IMG/VR virus record: IMGVR_UViG_3300045995_000108
Location: 51,429-115,428 of that record
DNA: 64,000 bases
Direction: 5' to 3' (one strand)
Source: a virus
Position 1 is the first letter of the stretch. Each line of letters opens with the position of its first letter. The translations under genes were made by a program, and so were the position numbers. Under the pieces are notes generated by a model, which saw only the letters and a list, made by a program, of their open reading frames with translations, did not search any database and was not told where the DNA came from. This document shows positions 19,464 through 27,980 of this stretch, one piece after another.

Positions 19464-20846
19464 ATGTATATTGCAGAACTATTTCATGGTGGCCCTGAGC
19501 AACCAGAAGAAAAACAAGCTGATTTGGTCGAAACAAGCCAAACTCAGCTTGTCGTACTCTACCCTGGGCGCTTCCAACCTTTCCACTTAGGTCATGCAGA
19601 TGTATTCCGTACATTGCAAGCTAAGTTCGGACGCGATAATGTTTTCATCGCAACATCTAACAAAGCAGACGGCGGCAAAAGCCCCTTCAACTTCACAGAC
19701 AAAGTAACGATCATGCACGCCGCTGGCGTTCCTAGCGATCGTATACTGGAAGTCCAATCCCCATACAAGTTACCTGCACAATTTGACGCTACTACAACCG
19801 TATTAGTTGTTACAGTAGGTGCGCCTGATGCTGAACGCCTGCAAGTAGATGGTGTTAAGAAGGATGGCAACCCAGGTTACTACAAAACATTCAAGAGCTT
19901 AGACGAATGCGTTACTGCTGACAAGCATGGCTATGTAGTCATCGCAGCAGAGCGTCAAAAGGTTATCACATTGAACGGTCAGCAAGTGGATGTATCGCAC
20001 GGTACACCATCTCGTGCTGCCTGGAACTCTGTGCGCAAGGACCCTAAGGGCCGTGCAGAGTATATGAATCAAATGTTTGGTCGTGCTGATCAAGAGCTTG
20101 GTTTAGTATTAGACAAAATCCCAGAATCCGTTCAAGCAACAGAAAGTATAGATATGCAACGCAGAGTACCACCAACTAAAACACAACCAATTCACCCTGA
20201 AGAATTGGATAGCTTAATAACAAGCATTGGACAAAAAGCAAAGCAAGGCCCAATGAAAACAGTGTGGAACCCGCTTACCCGTAAGTACAAGGTAGTGCCA
20301 GAGCATGAGGCTGCATTGGAAGAGGACGATATGGCTCCTATGTCTCGTGAAGAGTACAATCACCGTCGTAAAGCATTGCAGCAAATTCAAATGGACCCAC
20401 AGTTAACTAAAGATCCTACGTTACGCAAAGAGTTGATTAAGAAGATTGCACAGTTAACTATGCAAGCACGTTCTGCAGGTGTATTGCCTGAGTCTGTTCA
20501 CGCTGCACACGTACAAGAAAACAAAATGTACTCTGCAAGAGCTATTGTAGAGACTATCAAATACCTAAAGGAAAGTATGTTGCAGGAAAGCATCAAGTCT
20601 AAGATGGCTGCTGGTGCTTTAGCTGGTGCAATGGCGACTGGGGCCGCAGCATATATGCCAGCATCTGCATACACTCAAAATCACTCTAAGAATCTTGCAC
20701 CTGTGTCACAGTCAGAACGAGATAAGAATAACTATGACGCTCCGTGGACTGCTTATAGCAAAAAGAAAGCTCTTGATAAAGCCAATACCGAGGTAGATGC
20801 AGAGCAACGTAAGAACTACCACAAGCACCCAGTGAGTAAAAAATGA
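19464..20846 (+). CDS. HxGH nucleotidyl(cytidyl)transferase-like domain fused to modular internal-protein tail
   Basis: YPGRFQPFHLGH, SPF; C-terminal modules separated by xxE sites; late promoter upstream. Confidence 0.7.
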   Translation: MYIAELFHGGPEQPEEKQADLVETSQTQLVVLYPGRFQPFHLGHADVFRTLQAKFGRDNVFIATSNKADGGKSPFNFTDKVTIMHAAGVPSDRILEVQSPYKLPAQFDATTTVLVVTVGAPDAERLQVDGVKKDGNPGYYKTFKSLDECVTADKHGYVVIAAERQKVITLNGQQVDVSHGTPSRAAWNSVRKDPKGRAEYMNQMFGRADQELGLVLDKIPESVQATESIDMQRRVPPTKTQPIHPEELDSLITSIGQKAKQGPMKTVWNPLTRKYKVVPEHEAALEEDDMAPMSREEYNHRRKALQQIQMDPQLTKDPTLRKELIKKIAQLTMQARSAGVLPESVHAAHVQENKMYSARAIVETIKYLKESMLQESIKSKMAAGALAGAMATGAAAYMPASAYTQNHSKNLAPVSQSERDKNNYDAPWTAYSKKKALDKANTEVDAEQRKNYHKHPVSKK

Positions 20847-21133
20847 AAACAGTAAGCATAAGCGTAGATGTATGGTGTGATTACGATGACTTTGTTAAGC
20901 CAGCGTACCGTGTCTACGTAAATTCGGATATGTTGACAGAGCGCTCATTCATTTGGAAGAGTGCATCGCAGTATATCCGTGAGCATATTGAAGTGAACCT
21001 ATCACCAGGCACACATCATATAACCATAGAAAACTTAACGCCAGAGATGGCAGCGTATCGTATTGAGAATGTGCAAGTGGACGGCGTTACTGTAGCTGCA
21101 ACTTCGCCAACCATTGCAATCTTTACAGTATAA
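20843..21133 (+). CDS. Hypothetical protein
   Basis: Coupled ORF. Confidence 0.6.
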   Translation: MKTVSISVDVWCDYDDFVKPAYRVYVNSDMLTERSFIWKSASQYIREHIEVNLSPGTHHITIENLTPEMAAYRIENVQVDGVTVAATSPTIAIFTV

Positions 21134-21136
21134 ATA
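21129..21136 (+). promoter_or_regulatory. T4-type late promoter TATAAATA
   Basis: Exact consensus; TAAATA cores also near 8888, 10715, 11877, 17486, 19437, 26776, 31676, 38720, 41087, 50102/50122, 58047. Confidence 0.8.
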
Positions 21137-21156
21137 TACAAAGACCCGGAATTAAC

Positions 21157-23163
21157 ATGAAAACAACTGAATTTATCGTAGAATACGCTGGCATCGGCGA
21201 CGATGCAGACGCAATGAGCAGTGACCATGAAGTGCAACTAGCCAGACAACAATGCTATAATGCTGCTCGTGATGCTATTGCATTGCACCACATACTCAAA
21301 GATACACCTGAGCAAGAAAATCTTGAAGATTGGGTTGTTGAAAAACTAACACAAGCTGCTTCTAACTTAAAGGATGTTATTGAACACTTAGAAGAGCAAC
21401 GTAACGGCGGCGATGGCGAAGAAATGGACATCATGTCTGCGTTTAGCTTTGAAAGCGCAGAGGCAAAGTATGCAGAGTTATTAAGCGAGTCCGAACAGAT
21501 TGATGAATTGTTAAAAATGTCTCCTGCGCAGGCAGACATGGGAGAAAGAATCAGCACGTTAAACAAAGCTTATATTTCTGCAAGGAATTTAAACGACTTG
21601 GTAACAATGCGAAAAATTAAAGCTCAATTGAGTCAATTAGCTGCGCGAAAAGCATCAATGGCGCCAATTGGCGAAGAGCAAGTTAACGAACTGTATGCAG
21701 ACCGTGCAGCAGAAAACGAATGGCATCAACAAGAACGTCCACGTGGACAAGTAGTTGGTGCGCCAGTACAAGCAGCACGCTCGTTCTTTATAGTGGACCG
21801 TGCGACAGGTAAAAAGCTAAAAGCATTCAATGTTCGCTCCGAAGCTGAACGTGCTGCGGCTCGTATGGGTGGCTTCTCTAAATTTAAAGTTGCTGCTGAA
21901 GGCGAAGAAATTGAGAACGATGCTGACCCTATTACAGAATTAAAATTGAAGCCTGAGTTTGCGGGCGATTCAGGTGAAGGTATTGATATGCCAGCACGTA
22001 AGCCAGTTGCTGCAACTCCTGGTGTTAAGGTTACTAAGGTTGGTACAGATACATATCGCGTGTCGTATAAAGGCAAGTCAATTGAATGCTCGCGTCGTGA
22101 AGTACCACATTACAAGCAAGAGATCATGGGCGAAGGTCAAGTTAACGAGTTAGACTCTTCCACTATGAAGTCGTATATGCAGAAGCGTAAAGAATCACCT
22201 ATGCCAAAGACAGTGCACAAGGCAGTTAACCAAGCTAACGGTGTACGCTCTGCAAGCGAGAAGATCCACGATCAGTTAGTTAAGAAGCATGCCATTGCCG
22301 GTGGCGATACTCGCGTTCGCGAAGAGAAAGATGTCCCTGGCTACGCTGATTGGCACAATGCTCGTCAAGACAAGAAGGATAAGGCAGCAGCTAACCGTAA
22401 GAACACTAAGGATGCACAAGCAGCTAAGATTGATATGGCTAAGAAGCCAGTTAAAGAAGCATTTAAGGAAGTGCCTACACACGGTAAGACAGGTAAGCCA
22501 AATGCTAACCATCCTAACTTTGCTAAACACGATGCAGACTTTAAGGCGCAACAAAAAGCAATGCGTCCACCAGCACAACCTAAGCTAACATTGAACGATG
22601 TATGGCGCCAAGTTGAGCATGTCATTGGTCAAATCTTCCCAGACGGCGACCCTATTGACTGGATGGGTCCATGGTTGCAAAAGCGTGGCTATAAAGATTT
22701 CCAAGTTGGTGACATCATCAACCGTGCTGCCCGCGCAAACGGTTACAAAGACATGTATGCTTACTACGATGAGTTGAAGCAACAACATGCAGACGATCAA
22801 GCTTACGATGCACAAATGGGCGAGTCCGAACAAGTTGACGAACTAAGCTCTGCTACGTTAAAATCGTATGTGCCTAAGGCTAACCGTTCCCGTGAAAAGG
22901 CAACTGATGATATGCGCAAGCAAGGCGGATACGATGCCAAGGTAGACGACAAGATGGGTCGCCGTGCTGAGTTTACAATGAAGGCTGCTAACAAGCTTAA
23001 CCAACCAGTTAAAGAAGATGCGTCCGCTGGTGGCACAAGCGTAGGTGGCATTGCTACTGGAATCGCTGGTGCTAAAGGTGGTAAGCCAGGTACAGGTAAG
23101 CCAAAAGAATTAGGTAACAAAGTATCCCGCAAGCAAGTGCAAGTGGGCAAGGGAGTATATTAA
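21157..23163 (+). CDS. Putative head internal polyprotein
   Basis: N-terminus MKTTEFIVE (capsid-targeting-like); repeated QIDE/QVNE/QVDE/VKE junctions. Confidence 0.6.
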   Translation: MKTTEFIVEYAGIGDDADAMSSDHEVQLARQQCYNAARDAIALHHILKDTPEQENLEDWVVEKLTQAASNLKDVIEHLEEQRNGGDGEEMDIMSAFSFESAEAKYAELLSESEQIDELLKMSPAQADMGERISTLNKAYISARNLNDLVTMRKIKAQLSQLAARKASMAPIGEEQVNELYADRAAENEWHQQERPRGQVVGAPVQAARSFFIVDRATGKKLKAFNVRSEAERAAARMGGFSKFKVAAEGEEIENDADPITELKLKPEFAGDSGEGIDMPARKPVAATPGVKVTKVGTDTYRVSYKGKSIECSRREVPHYKQEIMGEGQVNELDSSTMKSYMQKRKESPMPKTVHKAVNQANGVRSASEKIHDQLVKKHAIAGGDTRVREEKDVPGYADWHNARQDKKDKAAANRKNTKDAQAAKIDMAKKPVKEAFKEVPTHGKTGKPNANHPNFAKHDADFKAQQKAMRPPAQPKLTLNDVWRQVEHVIGQIFPDGDPIDWMGPWLQKRGYKDFQVGDIINRAARANGYKDMYAYYDELKQQHADDQAYDAQMGESEQVDELSSATLKSYVPKANRSREKATDDMRKQGGYDAKVDDKMGRRAEFTMKAANKLNQPVKEDASAGGTSVGGIATGIAGAKGGKPGTGKPKELGNKVSRKQVQVGKGVY

Positions 23164-25325
23164 TGGCTGATTTACGCAAGCTCATTGCGAGCATGGACAA
23201 AATGAACGAAAGCATTGCGCCAGTCGCTAAGACTGTTATTGCAGAAGGCTCCATGCTTAAAGCATTGAACATGGTAACCAAGTCTGTCGCTCCCGCTGCT
23301 GAGTTAGCTAAAGAGTTTAAGATGTTTAAGGAAGGTTATTGGGACCAAGCAATGGCCAATGTTGAAAAAGCCCGTAAAGAACGTGCCGGCAAGCCATTCG
23401 AGAAGAACCCTGCATCCCACGACGCAAACGGTGTATACAAGGGTGACAAGGACTTAGCTGGGCGCATTGCAAAGTTACCAAAAGGTGGATTCTCTGACGA
23501 GGCACATCCTATTGTTGACGAAAGCGCAGGCGAACCAAGCGTAGATGACATCTTGTATTACTTGACAAGTGCATACCGTCACTTGCAACAATACGCTGAC
23601 CAGTATCAAGACTTCAGCGTTATCTCTCGCGTTTACGACAACTTGCGCTATGACTTAAAAGCTGGAGACTATAATGCATTCCAAACTACTTACGAGCAAT
23701 GCCTAAATAAGTACCCAGATGCTTCTGTTGAGTTGTTTGATGCAATGTTCGTTGAAGCTGGCTTACCAGAAGAGCAAGGCACTATTGAGCAGTTCATTGA
23801 GAAGTGCAGCGGTATGAATGAAGGCATTGGCGATACAATCAAGCGTGGAGTAAAGCAAGTCAAGCGTGGTATGCAAGGTTGGGGTGGTGCTCATGGTAAG
23901 CCTGGTGAGATTGTCAAGCGTAACAAAGGTCACGATGACAAAACAATTAAGAACTTAGATCTTAAGGGCAAAATATACAAGGATGTTGATGGTCCAGCAC
24001 CTGCACACAGCCCACAAGCATTGCAAAATCGCGTAGTTGACCGTGAAATGAAAAAGCGCGGCTTAGGTGAAGAAGAGCATAAGTTTGGTCACGAGTTTGC
24101 GGCATTTAAAAACCAATTAGAAAAGAAGCACGGGCCAGGGAACGTAAAGTATCAAGGCGACGGAAATGTTACTGATGCATACCATGTGAAAACAGGAAAG
24201 CACTTAGGCTTCATTGACGGGCAACATGCCGAAATAAGCGAAGGCCCTGCTAATGATCGTTTGAAGGCACATGCTGGTGCAATGGTAGACAAGCTTAAAA
24301 ATGCTGGCAAGAAATTAGTTGCTCCGGTTAAAGATCCTATTCTTGATCAAATGAAGGCTATCACTGACACTGCTAACAAACGAGCACACGATGCGCAGAA
24401 CAAAAAGTATGCACCATCTAAAAAGACAGACGAAGCTATTATTCCAGACGGTCCTAATGACAAATGGGGCAAGGATATGCCTTCTTTTGGTTACAATCCA
24501 GAAGAGGAAAAGAAGGATAGCAAATTCTTTAAACAAGCATTTGCAGCACCTAAGTTCGGCGTATTCCGTCGCGGTGGCGCAATTGGCGACAAAGCACCAC
24601 ACGCTATCAAAACTTTTGATTCAAAAGAAGAAGCGTTGGCTATGTGCAAGCGTTACAACAATTTACTAAGCCCTGGTGAAAAAGAATACTACGGTTTGAA
24701 GTATGTTGTCCGTAATGTCCCTGCGGAAGCAATGGACGAGGCTGATAAGCATTCGTTTGTTGGTAAGATCCAACGTGGGCACGAGCTAAAGAAGAAGGTA
24801 GACTCTACTTACAAGGATATCGGTGCAGCACAGCAAAAGGGCGACCACCCAGAAGCAAGCAAGGCGTTCCGTAAGCACGAGCGTTATGCTAACTTAGAGC
24901 GCCCAGGTACATGGACTAAGGTTAAAGAAGCAATGCCTGCGGCAGTGGCAACAGCGACACAAAAGATGAACCCGGGTGCTGCGGCTCCTGCTCCGGTAGC
25001 TGGTACAAGTTCTCCTTCCGCCCCTGGCGCACCATCAGCACCTAAGGTTCCGGGCAGTGTAGGCGCAGTTGACCCAGCTATCGCTAAAGCACAGCAATCA
25101 GCTTACCAAAAGAACATCGCTAAGTTGGGATTAAAGAATGTCAATGCTGCACAAGCTGGTGTAAGTATGCAGAAGCAAGCAGACGACATGCAAATGAATC
25201 CTACTGACAATACAAACAATGCAAAGATTGCAGGTACATTAGCTAATGTACTTAAAGATCCTGCGGGCGCACAACAACTAAAAACGCTAACTGACAAGTT
25301 TGCTAAAAAGCCAGGAATGCAATAA
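23163..25325 (+). CDS. Putative head internal polyprotein
   Basis: Modules bounded by MNE, IAE, FKE, VDE, LGE, ISE, TDE, MDE, VKE. Confidence 0.55.
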   Translation: MADLRKLIASMDKMNESIAPVAKTVIAEGSMLKALNMVTKSVAPAAELAKEFKMFKEGYWDQAMANVEKARKERAGKPFEKNPASHDANGVYKGDKDLAGRIAKLPKGGFSDEAHPIVDESAGEPSVDDILYYLTSAYRHLQQYADQYQDFSVISRVYDNLRYDLKAGDYNAFQTTYEQCLNKYPDASVELFDAMFVEAGLPEEQGTIEQFIEKCSGMNEGIGDTIKRGVKQVKRGMQGWGGAHGKPGEIVKRNKGHDDKTIKNLDLKGKIYKDVDGPAPAHSPQALQNRVVDREMKKRGLGEEEHKFGHEFAAFKNQLEKKHGPGNVKYQGDGNVTDAYHVKTGKHLGFIDGQHAEISEGPANDRLKAHAGAMVDKLKNAGKKLVAPVKDPILDQMKAITDTANKRAHDAQNKKYAPSKKTDEAIIPDGPNDKWGKDMPSFGYNPEEEKKDSKFFKQAFAAPKFGVFRRGGAIGDKAPHAIKTFDSKEEALAMCKRYNNLLSPGEKEYYGLKYVVRNVPAEAMDEADKHSFVGKIQRGHELKKKVDSTYKDIGAAQQKGDHPEASKAFRKHERYANLERPGTWTKVKEAMPAAVATATQKMNPGAAAPAPVAGTSSPSAPGAPSAPKVPGSVGAVDPAIAKAQQSAYQKNIAKLGLKNVNAAQAGVSMQKQADDMQMNPTDNTNNAKIAGTLANVLKDPAGAQQLKTLTDKFAKKPGMQ

Positions 25326-26116
25326 TGTTTATAAGCGAGCTATTTGAAGGCAAGGGCGATGTCCCTGCCAACCCAAAACAAAAGCAAGGTCCTGCTGGCC
25401 AGTTTCGTGGCACAGACAAAGCACCTGCTCGCAATAAGTTAGTAGGCGAAGCAACTGGGTTAAAGAAGCGAGTAAAGATTGTTAAGGGACCAGCTGCTGG
25501 TCGCACTGGTTACGTGGGCGAAGTGCATCACGGTCAATTCAAAGGTGCGCCTAAGCAGTTTGTTATCGACCTTGATGGCGGTGGCAACATTATGTGCTCC
25601 AAGGATCAACTACGCTTGATCAAAGATGATATGGGCGAAGCAATGGAGCGTGAGCCACAGTACGCAGATCCTGACTTCGCTAAGCCTATGTTTGAATTTG
25701 GTGATAGCACGGGGTTAAAACCAGGTGCACTCGCAAACCATGGCCTTTTGGGTAATGTCAAAATTTTATCAGTAAAAGGTCACCACGCAGAAGTTTGCTC
25801 TGTGCGTGGTGGAAAGCATTATCACGTAGAGCTATCTAGTTTACGCACTGGACATTTAGACGAAGATACTAATCCGCAAGATGAAATCACTATGGATGTA
25901 CCATTGCTTATTCGTTTGTTAGAGTACGCCAAGGAAGACGCTAAAACAGACATGGATCTGCACAATGTAGCAGAGCGGTTGATCAAGCTAAGTGGACAAG
26001 GTTGTTTGTCTATGGACCAATACGATGCTATCGTTGGTGGTGTAAAAGAAATGGCACCAGGTCGCGAAGCTTATGCTGGCCGTATGCGTGTGCCTGGCTT
26101 TAACTCTAATAGATAA
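25325..26116 (+). CDS. Putative head internal polyprotein (KOW-like module)
   Basis: MFISELFE start; VKIVKGPAAGRTG; MDVPLLIRLLEYAKEDA module. Confidence 0.55.
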   Translation: MFISELFEGKGDVPANPKQKQGPAGQFRGTDKAPARNKLVGEATGLKKRVKIVKGPAAGRTGYVGEVHHGQFKGAPKQFVIDLDGGGNIMCSKDQLRLIKDDMGEAMEREPQYADPDFAKPMFEFGDSTGLKPGALANHGLLGNVKILSVKGHHAEVCSVRGGKHYHVELSSLRTGHLDEDTNPQDEITMDVPLLIRLLEYAKEDAKTDMDLHNVAERLIKLSGQGCLSMDQYDAIVGGVKEMAPGREAYAGRMRVPGFNSNR

Positions 26117-26778
26117 TGCGCAAGCAAGAATTCGTCACTGAGTACGAACGCCGCACTGACAACTCTAAGCAAATCTTTGCTCAGCTTGAAGAAGCTGGTT
26201 ATGTATTGCTAGGTGGCGGTCAGGATGCGACAGTATGGGGCAGAGACGAGGGTGAAGTGCTTAAGGTAATCATGCCGTCTGAGAATAAAGAAGCAGCAGA
26301 AGCAAGCTTTATGTTCTTCTTTAAGCTGTGCAAACGTTTGCGCGGCAACCCCCATGTACCTCGCTTTATTGGCGGTGATGAATCATTTGAAATTAACGGA
26401 ACACCGTACATGCAGTTTTCAATGGAAAAGCTAAAACCATTAGAACACAGTAGCATTGCAGAAGCAGCAGTGTGGATAATGAGTGACTTTGCCAATATGG
26501 CTGGAATGAAACTATCCACGCTAGTTAAAGAGGCGCCACGCAATAATTGGTTCGTTGGATATCGTGACAGCAATTCTACCCAAGACACAGGTAAAGAGTT
26601 TGCTGAAGCAATGCAAGATCCCTCTACCTTTGCCTCTTACGACAAGCTATTTAAGACAATGCAATACTTTTACAAAAATGGCAAAGCACAGGGTTTAGGG
26701 TGGGACTTGCATACTGAAAATGTTATGCAACGATCAGACGGCACTGTAGTTATTACTGACCCATATTACACCAGCTAA
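26116..26778 (+). CDS. Protein kinase-like enzyme with capsid-targeting-like N-terminus
   Basis: LGGGQDATVW, VLKVI, MEKL, DLHTENVM, ITDP; starts MRKQEFVTE. Confidence 0.75.
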   Translation: MRKQEFVTEYERRTDNSKQIFAQLEEAGYVLLGGGQDATVWGRDEGEVLKVIMPSENKEAAEASFMFFFKLCKRLRGNPHVPRFIGGDESFEINGTPYMQFSMEKLKPLEHSSIAEAAVWIMSDFANMAGMKLSTLVKEAPRNNWFVGYRDSNSTQDTGKEFAEAMQDPSTFASYDKLFKTMQYFYKNGKAQGLGWDLHTENVMQRSDGTVVITDPYYTS

Positions 26779-26785
26779 ATACTGT

Positions 26786-26884
26786 ATGCAAGGTACAGAA
26801 CCAATCCCAGGGAATGAATATCCCGTATATCCAGAACAACAAGGCGAAGAGGATCGCAAAATGAATCCTTTCTCGCCCGTTTAA
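26786..26884 (+). CDS. Small acidic/Pro-rich peptide (32 aa)
   Basis: ATG just after TAAATA; MQGTEPIPGNEYPVYPEQQGEEDRKMNPFSPV. Confidence 0.45.
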   Translation: MQGTEPIPGNEYPVYPEQQGEEDRKMNPFSPV

Positions 26885-26888
26885 AGAC

Positions 26889-26975
26889 CACACCTTAGGA
26901 CCTTATGGTTACGTGGGGGTGGCTACTACCCTAGGATGGCTGGCCGGGAATCCAGAATCCTTAAAGTGTAGCACC
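26889..26975 (+). ncRNA. Candidate structured non-coding RNA
   Basis: GC-rich intergenic segment with nested stems and possible GCTAC/GTAGC pairing. Confidence 0.4.
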
Positions 26976-27034
26976 ATTTCTCTTTACTTTTCAACCACGT
27001 TAGTGTTATACTAACAAATACTTTAGGAGACTAC

Positions 27035-27328
27035 ATGTCAGATATCGAAGATCAAGACGACGGCGCTGAAGGCGTTCGCACATTTAACGGCGCAGCAAAG
27101 ATTAAGCTCACACAATTATTCAATGATTCCCAAACTACATTGCGAGAAATTGAAGACTTGTCTGGTGGCCTAAACGACACAATCAAAGCTGTCGCGGAAG
27201 AACTTGAGATCAAACCTGGCTTGCTCAAACGTGCAGTGAAGATTGCATTCAAGGCTAAACTTGGTGAGACCAATAAAGACCATGATGAATTAAATACTAT
27301 TCTCGAAACAGTTGGAAAGACACTGTAA
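27035..27328 (+). CDS. dsDNA-binding protein (T4 DsbA/GapR-like)
   Basis: Helical, IKAVAEELEIKPGLLKRAVKI; AGGAG RBS. Confidence 0.55.
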   Translation: MSDIEDQDDGAEGVRTFNGAAKIKLTQLFNDSQTTLREIEDLSGGLNDTIKAVAEELEIKPGLLKRAVKIAFKAKLGETNKDHDELNTILETVGKTL

Positions 27329-27681
27329 TGGCTTACTTTGGGTATCATTTAATGCTGGACTGCTCTGGCTGCAAGGGGATTGATTCCAAAGAAAACATTC
27401 ATGCTTTCATTAAGCAATTGGTTCCCGACATCGACATGCTCGCATACGGTGAACCAATTATTGAATATTTGCTGCCAGGTGACCCGAAGCAAGGCTATAG
27501 TTTGATGCAGCTAATCACTACGTCAAACATTTGCGCTCACTTTATGGAACTGGATGGAACTGCTTACTTCGATATCTTCTCATGCAAAGAGTTTGATGTT
27601 GAGTTGGCCAAACAAATCGTACACCAATACTTTAATCCCGACAAAATGCGGGTCAACTTTTTAACACGAGATGCGTCTTGA
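27328..27681 (+). CDS. speD: Pyruvoyl-dependent AdoMet decarboxylase (SpeD family)
   Basis: GYHLMLD, GYS...TTSNICAH, YFDIFSC. Confidence 0.75.
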   Translation: MAYFGYHLMLDCSGCKGIDSKENIHAFIKQLVPDIDMLAYGEPIIEYLLPGDPKQGYSLMQLITTSNICAHFMELDGTAYFDIFSCKEFDVELAKQIVHQYFNPDKMRVNFLTRDAS

Positions 27682-27968
27682 CAGCTTTTATTAATGGAAT
27701 AGTTAATTGGGCAAAACGCGATTACCATGAATGGCCATTGCGATTTATTTTCGAGGTATCTGCATGGTTTGCGAGTATTGGTTGTGCGCTGACTATGGCA
27801 CTCACAATTCCTAACCCTCCCTTCCTTATTCTTTATCCACTATTCATTTCTCAATGTATGGTTTTTGGTTGGTCAGCTTGGACTCGAAAGAGTACAGGAA
27901 TGGTCGCCAACTACTTGTTACTCGTTAGCATTGACTCTGTGGCACTGGTTCGTTTATTATTGCACTAA
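27678..27968 (+). CDS. Membrane hypothetical protein
   Basis: Three hydrophobic segments. Confidence 0.6.
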   Translation: MTAFINGIVNWAKRDYHEWPLRFIFEVSAWFASIGCALTMALTIPNPPFLILYPLFISQCMVFGWSAWTRKSTGMVANYLLLVSIDSVALVRLLLH

Positions 27969-27980
27969 CAGGAGTTTATT

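Noticed and set aside
26889-26975. tRNA or HDV/hammerhead/pistol ribozyme
   Set aside because: No TTCRA T-loop or cloverleaf; helix order does not fit HDV; no CUGANGA core. Kept only as an unknown RNA.
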